The notes under the pieces are model-generated. The model was not told the origin of the DNA. It saw only the letters and a program-made list of their open reading frames with translations, and ran no database searches. Both the position numbers and the translations under genes were made by a program. DNA of 64,000 nucleotides from Paraspadella gotoi (Eukaryota; Animalia; Chaetognatha): positions 16,707,777 to 16,771,776 of the forward strand of contig CM119263.1 of the NCBI GenBank assembly GCA_051294375.1, written 5' to 3'. This document shows, piece by piece, positions 15,670 through 25,757 of this stretch; the first letter of the stretch is position 1, and every line of letters begins with the position of its first letter.

Positions 15670-16080
15670 ACAACGGAAAACGTACATTCGTTGACTGAGA
15701 CATGTATCGCCCATCGGGTACATGTAGTAGATTTCGAAAATCAGATAAACTTGTATGGATAATGGTTGGCGTTATTTTTAAGATTGATAACCGATGAAAA
15801 CCTTTGAAATACTAATTAATTTATTTAGTATGCTGTAAGGGAAAAACTCGGCGGCGATGGATTCTGGACTCGATATTTTACTGACACTCTTTCAATGACT
15901 TATTACACTCATGTGCAAAAAAAAAAAAAAAAAAAAAAAAAAACACCCCACTTTATAAATTTAAATACCGGACGCTATATAAAAAAAATTTTTAAATTTT
16001 ATTAGAAAAATATAGTTTTTAACCTGTTATTCATTTGATTTTTTAATAACCTTAAAATTATAATCAGCCAATTATTTATA

Positions 16081-16210
16081 GCGAGGGCCTCGGAGTGTTT
16101 CGCCATGAACTCGCCCATGTCTTCGAAGAGGTCTTGTTTGACGGTTTGGAAGGGAAACGGTCAGAGCATGGTACTTGCTATATTCGGCTCCAGCGGCGTC
16201 GATGTCAATA
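16081..16210 (-). pseudogene. Small remnant of a third env (glycoprotein) paralog
   Basis: Minus strand reads DIDAAGAEYSKYHALTVSLPN / QDLFEDMGEFMAKHSEAL, aligning to DNDGRPFDKYQTLRTTLPD...SIYEEVGRFMDRHAKF of the env near 18130-18260. Confidence 0.7.
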
Positions 16211-16211
16211 A

Positions 16212-16433
16212 TGTGGAGTCAAATGTGGTCAAATATTACGAGCATATTTATTTCACAATAACTGGAGAATCAAGAGCGAGACATGAACGTTAGGGCAGAT
16301 CAGATCTTCTCTCTCAAACGCAGTGTATTCACAACTATATAGTTCTCTCATTGACTCTCTTAACTCAGTCTCCTCTCAGTCTTATTCGTTGGGTGAGCCC
16401 ATGGACCGTCTCTTGATCTCCTCCCTCTCTCCT
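16212..16433 (-). mobile_element. Putative PPT plus 3' LTR of an older env-bearing element
   Basis: On the minus strand a purine tract AGGAGAGAGGGAGGAGA (16433-16417) follows the env remnant's tail. After it come ~205 bp with a TATA-like motif (ctatata) and AATAAA, ending ...CTCCACA. No partner LTR in the window. Confidence 0.45.
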
Positions 16434-16434
16434 G

Positions 16435-17300
16435 CCGCTCGTCCAGTCGCTCCCGCTCCCCGGCATTGCAGGCTCCGCGGATCGTTCGGGCAGGGCTTCC
16501 CTTCAGGCTTCTCGTTAATGCCACCCCCGATCCAGAGGCGAAGGAGGCGAGTCTTATTTCGCCGACGAGCCCAGGTGCTGTCCTTTGATGCCGACGGCGG
16601 AATCCGCGACGGCCTCGACCTGCTGCCGCGCGCATTTGTCTGCACAGGGCAGCAGCATCAGCAATCAGCATAGAAGGACGACGATGATGACGATGACGGC
16701 GACGATTGCGATGGTTGGAGCCACGTTGGCAAAGGTGTTCCACCAGGACACCGGCGGGGTCTTGCCGAACATTCTTTGGAAAAAGGACGCTGGGGATCCA
16801 TCAGTTATTTCTCCCATTTGTTGTGTGAACTCGTGCCGTTCCGTGATGTACTCGGAGTGGAGGTCGATGAAATACCCCACGTCTTCGTAGATCTGTTTTT
16901 CCCTTGACACGTGTTCCTGTTTGTTTGGCAGGGTGGTATGGAGAGCGTCGTATTTCTTGACTTTTTTGTTGAGTAGGTAATACTTGTTTTTTGATCTTAT
17001 TATCCCTTATGAACGCGAGCAGGGATTCGAAGTCGGGGAAACTTAAAGATTTGGGTAAGTGTACAAACTGTACATGCTCTGCAACCGCCGTCATCCCACG
17101 CGAAAATGCCTCAAGGGTAGACGCATTCACGTTGTGCGATGTTGCAGCGTCCATCCTTCGTTGTTTCGTCACTCTGGAGTGGTAAAGCGTAAGATTGGAA
17201 ATCAGTTTCGCGTTTTAACTTTCATAAGTGTTGATGACAGTAAATTTCTTTCCAGTGCAGGCGCTGTCAGCGTCGTTGGTACCAACTCTGTGCGTGAGGT
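16435..17300 (-). pseudogene. Decayed, internally deleted second env paralog
   Basis: LTHRVGTNDADSACTG...NAKLISNLTLYHSRV, GRCNIAQRECVYP*GIFAWDD, then KYDALHTTLPNKQEHVSREKQIYEDVGYFIDLH...GEITDGSPASFFQRMFG...WNTFANVAPTIAIVAVIVIIVVLLC. Colinear with the env at 17829-19692 but clearly diverged, with stops and frameshifts. Confidence 0.88.
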
Positions 17301-17573
17301 TCTTGTTTATTCATTTATATTCATTTATTTAATCATTTTTTTCTTGAAAAACTACAACATTCTAATTCATCATGTGTGGTAGTGAGGATCTATATTAAAA
17401 AATTCTAATTAATTTTATGAAAATATTTTAATATATCTTTCATAAATTTTCAATCTTTGCGTTAATATAAGTGGCTAGCAATTTACCATTCCTTGGTTTG
17501 CAACGATGTGAAATGAAAAGCTCTAATCTAAACTCCCTTATGAATATTCTTCACCTTAATTTTTTATCAATAT

Positions 17574-17916
17574 CTTTGCAGTTTACACTATTTCTTCGAT
17601 GTATTAATTAATCACGATGAGAATTAGAAAACGAGCAAAAGGTTTATTTACTTATTCACAGTTTAAAAGCGCAATGAGAAAATAACTGAGTTAGAAAATA
17701 TAGTACAACCATTCGGGCCGAGGGCAGCTTCGCTTATGAAAACTAAAGTCCTTCGTCCTACTCCCTCGGCCCATGAAACAATCCCCTTTGGCCTAGTCCC
17801 ACTCTCCGCCCTCTGATTTGCTATGAAGCTAAACCCATGATCGAATGAGCGAAGGAGGGAGAGAGTGGGAGGGGGATAGAGAGAAAGAGAGTTCACGACG
17901 ATCGAATGGAGTGGAG
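17574..17916 (-). repeat. 3' LTR (5'-truncated relative to the 5' LTR)
   Basis: Identical to 25393-25735 except for 2 substitutions; AATAAA on the minus strand at ~17643-17648. Confidence 0.95.
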
Positions 17917-19692
17917 CCGGTAGCACACTGACAGCAGCCGCAGCAAACGCACACTGCGACTACTCCTCCGATGGCGATGAGTCCCATGAGTGGCGCCAAG
18001 TTCACTAGCCAGTTCCATATCTCTACTAGTGACGAATCCCCAAAGATCCGCCGGATGAAGGATGACGGCGATCCGGCGGTGATCTCGCCCAGCCGTTCGT
18101 TGAAGCGCTGGGTCTGTCCAGTGAATTTTGCATGACGATCCATAAACCTCCCTACTTCTTCGTAAATGGAGACCTCGCTTGTGACGTGATGTTGGGCGTC
18201 CGGAAGTGTGGTCCGGAGCGTCTGGTATTTGTCAAACGGGCGTCCGTCGTTGTCCACAAATTCGTCGCCCACGAGTCTATCACGTGGTGGTAGATGGCGT
18301 GACGGTAAGCTTCGCGTCCTCCGAACGAGATGGGCAGGTCCTGGAAGCATTTTTCCGTCTCCCTCCGGAGGGCGAGCGTTTGTCGGCATTTGGCGGTCAC
18401 CAACAACTCCCCACGAAGGACGGCGATTTCGCCGCGGTCGATGAACGTGGTAGCCGCCGGCGAGCGGTGGGCCTCGATCGCCGCCATCCTTGCTTTGCGC
18501 GCTCGCGTCACGCAAAGTTCATGTTGTACCGCCTTGGTGAGTGTGTCGATATTCTCCTGGTTGTTCTGGGCCAACTTCGACGCCGTCTCATGGAGGGCTT
18601 CCATCACAGACGTGTCCCGCTTAATACCCTGAATCCGTCCTTCTACGTAGAAGAAGTGGGGCGAGGAGGTTTCGTCTACCGTCAGCCCGCAGCTGGACAT
18701 CCTCGTTTTTCTCCCGGTGAGTCAGAGGGTGAACGCGGCGTCGCTGGTTCCGCCGCACATCACCATGCATCGTTCCAGGCCTTTCGCAGCGTCCGGGTAT
18801 CTGGCTTCGGAGCAGCTCGTCCAGCACCCTCCGAAGCGGTTGGCTCCTCTGAGCAGGTCTCCGCAAGGCGTCGGGGCTCCGTTGGCGTCATGACACCGGT
18901 TGATGAGATTCCGGATGTCGGCCTCTGAAACTGCTCGCACTATTCCATCCTGTGCACGGTACATTCCGCCCGTGTAGCCGACTACCGCTCGGCAACGGCG
19001 TCATCCCATACGATGACGCCTCCTGGATAGCTGCACTGCTGTCGGGCGACGTCGCATGATCCTATTTTCGAATTGATACGATCAGCTACCCTAACCTTCC
19101 TTTTGTATAACGCGAGGTTTGACGCCAACTTGGCGTTTTCGGAAGTGTATAGGCGCCCGTGAAACTTCAGTGATTCGCCCGTACAGGTGCCGTCGGCGTC
19201 CGTTGTCCCCACCTGGTGCGTAATCAGGTTGGTGCCTTCTTTTCCCTCGATCTGGATTGGCTGCAGGACGCCGGCTCTGTCGCTCATTAAAATTGGAATT
19301 TTGTTCAGCGTAATTTTCCTTCCGGCGTGCAAGTCTAGGCACTCTTGCCTCTCCAGGGTGAATTGGTCAATCGCGTCGATATTTGGATACTGGATGCTCC
19401 ACCGGCCGCAGAGGCGTCCGGTGGCTACGATGACTAAGTCACACCCGTATCCGTCGTGTTCCAGGTCGTCCGGATGGAAAATTAGATGGGCCGTGCGGAG
19501 CTCTTCCTTTACCTCATGCGCCTTCTCGCATTTTGTCTCGTCCAGCGCGATCGCTGTATGATCTGATGTCGTGTTGCAGTCGTATACTCCTATTTTCTGC
19601 TTAAGTATCCCATGCCCGTTTTCCCCGACGAGCATGGTTCCGTTGACCGCTGAGGCTACCGCGAAGATTATCACAATCGTTTCGATCTGCAT
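17829..19692 (-). pseudogene. env: env-like fusion glycoprotein of chuvirus/Jingchuvirales type (frameshifts near 18995 and 18270, stop at 18722)
   Basis: Signal peptide MQIETIVIIFAVASAVNG. Motifs IGVYDC, C..LH.G, GTTDADGTCTG, C.....C..PGG...WD, CG....T..P and GE.AV.RGE.....KC......R.TEKCFQDLPI occur in the order known for chuvirus G proteins. C-terminal TM is LAPLMGLIAIGGVVAVCVCCGCC. Confidence 0.8.
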
Positions 19693-20354
19693 TCTGTTAG
19701 GGTTTAATATTTGATATTTAATATTTCCTCTTGAATTGGCTATTATTATTCTTAACTATTGTTGGATCTTACGAGGTCTTTTGTTTCTCTTCTATTTAGT
19801 TTTATTTGCACTTACTTGGATTCGCTTATGGTATCGTCTCTTCTTTTCGAAAACAAAAGATTGTTTCGCCTTTTTTTTTATTTTTTTTTTTTTTTTATTT
19901 TTTTATTTCGAGTCTTACTTGTTTGGTTTTGAACAACTTTCGAACGATTGTGAGCCTCCTATGTTCCTTCTCGCTTCTTTCAGGCGCTCGTAGCTCGTCG
20001 TCTTCCTTATCGTCGTCTCGAGCGTCTGGTCTGCCCCCTTCCTCCTCCGGGCGATCGTGGAGCGATCGGCCGGCGTTTTCCCGATGAGTCGGGTTGAGGA
20101 GGAACTGGGTCTTTCTCTGTCTGTTCTGGCCTATATCTACTTTATCTTTACTTCTATTCTTTTTGTCTCCTTGTTCTTTTTTCTTTCCTTTTTTTGTTTG
20201 GTTTTAGTTTCGTTTAACCCTTACCTTGAAGTTGTCTTTGCGCTATTGGATTTATGAGTTGGTCGCCTTTTCTCCTCAATCATTTGTGGAATGTGTAATT
20301 GTTCGTTAAGTATTTACAACTTTGTACATAGCGTCTCTCTGCTTATACTTTTCT

Positions 20355-23300
20355 TTAGGTTCTGAAGTCCTCCGAGTCGCCGCCTTTTAATTTGAGGCGG
20401 CGTCTGTGATAGAGTGAGCGTTTTCCGTTAATGTTTACCACATAATGGTTTCCTCTAGCTTCGATCACTCTGTGTGGGCCTGTGTATACTGTCTTCACCT
20501 TGTTTTGTGTTGGTGCGGCGCCTGTTCTTAATAAGTCACGTCTTACGTAGACGTCGTCGCCTGGTTTGACCTTCTTCGGGTTTCTGAAGCGGTTTCCTCT
20601 TTTCGCCTGCCTATGTTTGATGAATCTCTGCTCAACGATTTGTCTTTGTGCTTCTTGTTGGTTATCCGCTCTTCTCTGCGCGTAATCTGCTAGGCACTTG
20701 TATGATTCTTCATCAGGTGCCTCTATTAGTCTTGGTCTATTTCCGAACTGAAGTTTGTGCGGCGACATGTTCGTTTTCCATCCCGTTATAGGTGTTGCGT
20801 TTAGGGTGAGCATTAGGTAAGGCAATGCGTTGATCCACTTGTTTGGGTCATCATTCAGGGATTTTCTTAGTGCTTGCCTGATTCTGCCGATGTCTCTTTC
20901 GGCTCGATTACTGTTCTTTCTGGAGACTAAAATTCGCCTTCCGCTCATGTCTAGCAGGCTTAATATGCTTCTCATTTCCTCTCCGTTTAGTGAAGTGGCT
21001 CCGTCGAAATTTACTTCCAGGTAGCTACCGTGTAGTAGGAATATGTTCGCGTCGAGGGCCTTGATCACGTGTTGTGCGTCGGCGCGTCTTAGTGGGATCG
21101 CCCAGGTGTAGGCAGAGGCGTTGTCTGAGGCCACTAGGACGTGATTGCAGCCTCCGCTGGGAGGTAAGTGCATGACATCGATGCTTAGCGATTCCCAAGG
21201 GATTCGTGCTGCTGTTGGTCTTGATTCGGTTTCGTTAAATTGCATTTCGTCGGTGGCGCGCCTGCAGCGGTCGCCTCGAGCACCATTTCTCCGCAAGTGT
21301 TTACCATATTTGAGGCTGCTATGTACTGGCGCAGCTAGGTAAGCTGACCGGTCTCTACCTGGGTGACCCAGCTTTTCGTGTATCTTTTTGACTACCTCCT
21401 TAAGATTTTGTTGCGGGATAATGTATCTCGTTGAACGGCTTGTTGCGGTGAAACCGATGACGCAGAGGATTCCATCTTTGGTTATTTCCAGATCGTCTAC
21501 GTTCCGGAGGAGGAATGCTTGCGTGGGCGTAAGTGATTTCCTCTCACCTGCTTCTAAGTGTGTTCTGAGGCCTCCCGCGCCATGGTTCTTGTATATCTCT
21601 TTGGCGTCTTTGATTTCGCTGCAATCGTTTTGCCAGCCTTTTATCTCCGTTCTCATTGGCATTATTGAGGAGTCACGTCTGACGTTATTTGATAAGTCCT
21701 CTTCGAGATCGATTTTGTCTACTTCAACCGAAGCTTCGATGGCTGAATCGGTGATTATTTCGGTGTCTTGGGGTGCGGGTGTTGGCTCTTGGATTGTGGG
21801 CTCTGGTGAGTCCTGGTTCTCATTTGCTTCGTTTGTTTCTGGTCTTATCCTTGGATCGGCTGGTTGTTCTTGTTCGGTTCCATCAGGCGAGTTTGGTGGG
21901 CCCGCTATCCTCTCTGGCGGTTGGTCGTCTTGGGATGGGGGACCTGCTTCCCTTCGCTCGGTTGGTTCCGGTGTGTTTCCCCTTTGAACTCTCTGGTTAT
22001 CTCCGTCGGGGCCCGCATCCGTTACCTCTGAGTTTGGTGGAGCTGCCTCGTCTCTATCTACTTCGGTTGGTGCTTCCAGCGGCGGTCCAGGTGCCCTCCT
22101 TCGGTTTTGATTCGCCGGCCTCGTGTGAAGATCTCGGCTAATTCTTATGGTGTCGGCGGGAAGCATTGCTGATGGTCTCATTATTGGTGCTGGTGCCAAT
22201 CTGGCTCTGGGCACCCGTCTGCGGTAGGCTCTTTCTTCCTCGATTCTGTGTTCTAGGCCGATGTTTAATACTTCGTTGTTTGTGCGGGGTCCATCTACTA
22301 GGTGTCTGATGGCTCTTTCCTTTCCTCCACCGTATACCTTTTCGTATTTACAGCCGGCTTGTGCGGTGCTGTCCTCGTCTAGTATTTTTATGCATATACC
22401 TGTCATGTTTGCTAGCGCCTCTAGCTCTGGATGGCCCAGTGACCAATCTTTCGAAGAGATTGTTCTGATAAAAGTGCAAGCGTCTTTTGTTTTTGGTGCG
22501 CCGTACAGTTTTCTTATGTTCGCCCTCTGGCGAGAGAAGTAGTTTTTCATGAACTCGAAAAATTTTGTTCGAAAACTTTTTTCATCAATGTTTAGCGCGG
22601 TGGCTATAATTCCAAGTATTGGTGCTCCGCCTACCCTGAGTTCCAGGTGGCCTGGCCATGACTCGCCTGATAAGGGTTCTTCGGTGAAGCCTGGTTCGTA
22701 ACTGCCATTGATGTCGAAGCCTGCGGCTAGGAAAGGCGTGTCGAGCGGAGTGATTTGATTTTGATCAGTAAATCTGGTCAGAAAGTCCGCTGGGTTGTCG
22801 CCACTTTTAACTAGGATGATCTCCAAGGGGTGGCATTCTTGGCGTATTTCTGTTATCCAGCGTAGTACGTTTGTCGGGAGTAGCTGTTGTTTATCGTGTT
22901 GCTGGTCCATTACTCTTTTGAAGTATTGTGACCTTTCTCCCACAGATGTAACCTTTGAATTTTCTCACCATCATGTTGAAAGCGAGTGTTTCTAGGATGT
23001 TGATATGTTTTATTCTGTACTCCTCTGGAAATGATTTTGAGTGGAAACTGAGGGGGTACTCAGTTCCATTTGCTGTTGCTGTGATTAAGCCCCCCATGGC
23101 GCTCGTGCTTGCATCGGCGTAAATCTTGTATTCACCGTTTTTGATTTTTGCATCGTTTAGGAAATTTAGCCCCGGTGTTGATTTAATTTCTTCTACTAGT
23201 GTTTCTAGGGCCTTTCTGTGTTCATTTCTGAATTTGAAGTCTTTCCTGTCAACCAGGGTTAGTGCGTGGAGGGGCTGTGCCAGGTACGAGAATTGGTGCG

Positions 23301-25200
23301 TGAAGCACCTGTAGTAATTTAGCGACGCTAATAGCGCGCGTAGCTCTTTTTGCGTCTTGATCTCTTTCAGTCTCAGCTCCGCTTGTTCTAGTTTCTCTTT
23401 TTGGGGTTTTAGTTTGTCCTTCGAGATGCTGAAGCCTACTTGATGTCGTCTTTCCTTAAAGGACGTTTTTTGTCCAGTTGAGGACCACGTTTCCTTCCTG
23501 CCATTTCAAGGAATTCTCTCAGCCTGTCTGCCATTTCTTCCAGTGACTTCGCTGTGAGGATTAGGTCGTCTACGTAGATGAGGAAGCTTTTGACATCTCT
23601 TCCTAGATCTGCGAAGATCTCATCGAGTATCGCCTGCAGCACATTGATGCTGTTTACGCCTCCCATCGGGAGTTTGTTCATCTTCCAATTGTGCCCTGCG
23701 CCGGCGAAGGTGGTCACGGGCTTGCATCTGTCCGTTAGATTCACCTGATGGAAACAGGTTGGAAACAGCATTGGAGCTCATGTGGTTTATATTGCTCCAG
23801 GATGGACGTTATTGTTTGCGGCTCGGTGGCGAAGGTGGATATGTTTCTGTTCACTGCTGAGAGATCGCATATAAGTCGCCATTGTTTGGCGAACGTCTCG
23901 TCATCCATTTCGTTTTGGCCTTCTTTGACGTGGTTCGGTTTCTTTATCAGGAAGGCGTTCGAGTAGGCCTCACCCGTTGTTCTGGAGACGACGCCTGCTT
24001 GTTCGTATACCTCCAGATACCTTTTTAGGGCGGCTTTCTTGACCGGGCCTTGATTCATGAATCTCGGCTTAGGTAAGTTGTTTGTTGTGAATCCTAGGTC
24101 AACTTTATAGTTCAGGAAGCCTTCCTTGCAATCGTTTATCGATTCGCCAAATACGTCTCTGTACTCCCAGACCGTCAAGTACCTCATCTGCTTTCTCGCT
24201 GAGGGATGGGTCTATCTCTTTGAACGGCTTTAGGAAGGCTTCGCGGCCTCTGTCATCATGTTTTTGTCTTCTTCTACTTCTGGCTTTGTCTGCCTGTTCG
24301 ATTTCTTCCTTTGACGGGGTGTGCCTTATTATCGTTGTTGGTGGGATGTCTGTTTTACACGCTTTTCGCAGTCTGGGTTCCCCACCTGTGAAGTCGGCGT
24401 CCACGGGTCTGCCTGCGCAGTGTGGTTTTAACCCTAGCTCTCTGGCTGCGTTCTCTGCAATGATTATCCTGGTTGATCCCCATGTGCCAGGTTTTCCGGG
24501 GAGCTCGACTCCTTCTTTCAGGTCATTTCCCGTTACCGTTACTGCTGTCTTTCCATCTGTTGACTCCATCAGCCATTTCGAATCGGCTAGAGATTTCCAA
24601 TATGTGCGGGCCGCTCTGACCTTGGCGTTTCCGGTGCCATTTGCTTCTGCGAATAAGGGAATCTCCGTTCTGTCGTCTACGTACTGCCTGGCCAGCCACC
24701 TGGCGGCTCTTAGGGCGTTTTGCTTGCTTTTGAAAAGGTGGGTGACTGGTTTGCCATTCATGTGGGCTACCTGGGTTCCATCCTTGTCGTTAGGGGTTAT
24801 TACCCACATCTCTTCGTTGGGCCCGGGGTCGGTCGTTGCTGTGCCTAGTATCACGTCTCTGTCCTCGGCATCGGGTGAGACGAAGAATACTGTGTCTAGA
24901 ATCCAGTTTGGAACCATTACTCTCAGGTTTCTTTCTCTTATGGTGATCGGCCCTTTCCTGTCGTTACCTTAGTGGGTTCCATAATATTTTGTTGCTACGA
25001 CCATTCTCTACAAATCTTCTCGGTATTGTGTTTATGGAGGCCCCTGTGTCGTGTAGGCAGCTGGCTGGCTGCCGTCGTGTAAAACGATCATCCCAGTCCG
25101 TCTGTCTAGGTAGGCCCCCACCAAACCTTCGTGGCTTCTGACGTTTTCTCTCCGGCGGCGCGGTGGGTTGTAGTGGCGGTATCGTCTTTGCGCCCCCTTC
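20355..25200 (-). pseudogene. pol: pol polyprotein (protease-RT-RNase H-[OTU-like]-integrase), broken by several frameshifts
   Basis: Protease CLHDTGASINTI (~25050); RT WRLICDLSAVN, LPMGGVNS, YVDDLIL; RNase H IYADAS, HSKSF, ETLA, NPADFLTR. Integrase HEKLGHPG, PWESLSIDV, FDGA, NRAER and a C-terminal YTGPHRV (GPY/F) motif. Confidence 0.93.
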
Positions 25201-25372
25201 TCACCAATGCCAAGAGTTTTGCCATATCTAAAATGGACCGGGATTTAGCTTTTTGCTCAATTTTGTTTGGTGAGAGCCCGAATGGTTTTGCACTTTTTTT
25301 TTTTTTTTTTTTTGCGTAGGTTTGGCGTCTTTTCGGTTTTCGTTTCGCGTGGTTTATTTTGTTTTTCGTCTT

Positions 25373-25392
25373 GAATTCCATCGCTAACACCA
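25373..25392 (-). other. Primer-binding site, tRNA-Leu-like
   Basis: TGGTGTTAGCGATGGAATTC directly after the 5' LTR; resembles the complement of animal tRNA-Leu 3' ends (TGGTGGCAGCGGTGGGATTC). Confidence 0.75.
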
Positions 25393-25757
25393 CTTTGCAG
25401 TTTACACTATTTCTTCGATGTATTAATTAATCACGATGAGAATTAGAAAACGAGCAAAAGGTTTATTTACTTATTCACAGTTTAAAAGCGTAATGAGAAA
25501 ATAACTGAGTTAGAAAATATAGTACAACCATTCGGGCCGAGGGCAGCTTCGCTTATGAAAACTAAAGTCCTTCGTCCTACTCCCTCGGCCCATGAAACAA
25601 TCCCCTTTGGCCTAGTCCCACTCTCCGCCCTCTGATTCGCTATGAAGCTAAACCCATGATCGAATGAGCGAAGGAGGGAGAGAGTGGGAGGGGGATAGAG
25701 AGAAAGAGAGTTCACGACGATCGAATGGAGTGGAGGCGGATCCCATATCCGCTGACG
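25393..25757 (-). repeat. 5' LTR
   Basis: 343 bp shared with the 3' LTR plus 22 extra bp (25736-25757) up to the ATAT duplication; followed by the PBS. Confidence 0.9.

Larger units (their letters stand above)
17574..25757 (-). mobile_element. Ty3/Gypsy (Metaviridae) LTR retroelement with env-like gene, ~8.2 kb, lacking gag
   Basis: Direct 343-bp repeats at 17574-17916 and 25393-25735 (2 mismatches), a PBS, a PR-RT-RH-IN pol and an env with signal peptide and TM. ATAT on both sides (17570-17573, 25758-25761) is the candidate TSD. Confidence 0.95.

Noticed and set aside
17715-17772. Functional link between the LTR hairpin (TAR-like) and the nearby CDK9 gene, or a hammerhead ribozyme in the LTR
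   Set aside because: Proximity to CDK9 is most simply coincidence, and the CUGANGA...GAAA core is not present in the required arrangement.
18206-18928. Long + strand ORFs antisense to env and pol (also 21388-21987, 24220-24972)
   Set aside because: Shadow frames of GC-rich coding sequence with no recognisable motifs.
20355-25200. BEL/Pao or DIRS classification of the retroelement
   Set aside because: RT, RNase H and integrase motifs plus the GPY/F module are Ty3/Gypsy-like, and a DDE integrase with direct LTRs excludes DIRS. A phylogeny is still needed for certainty.
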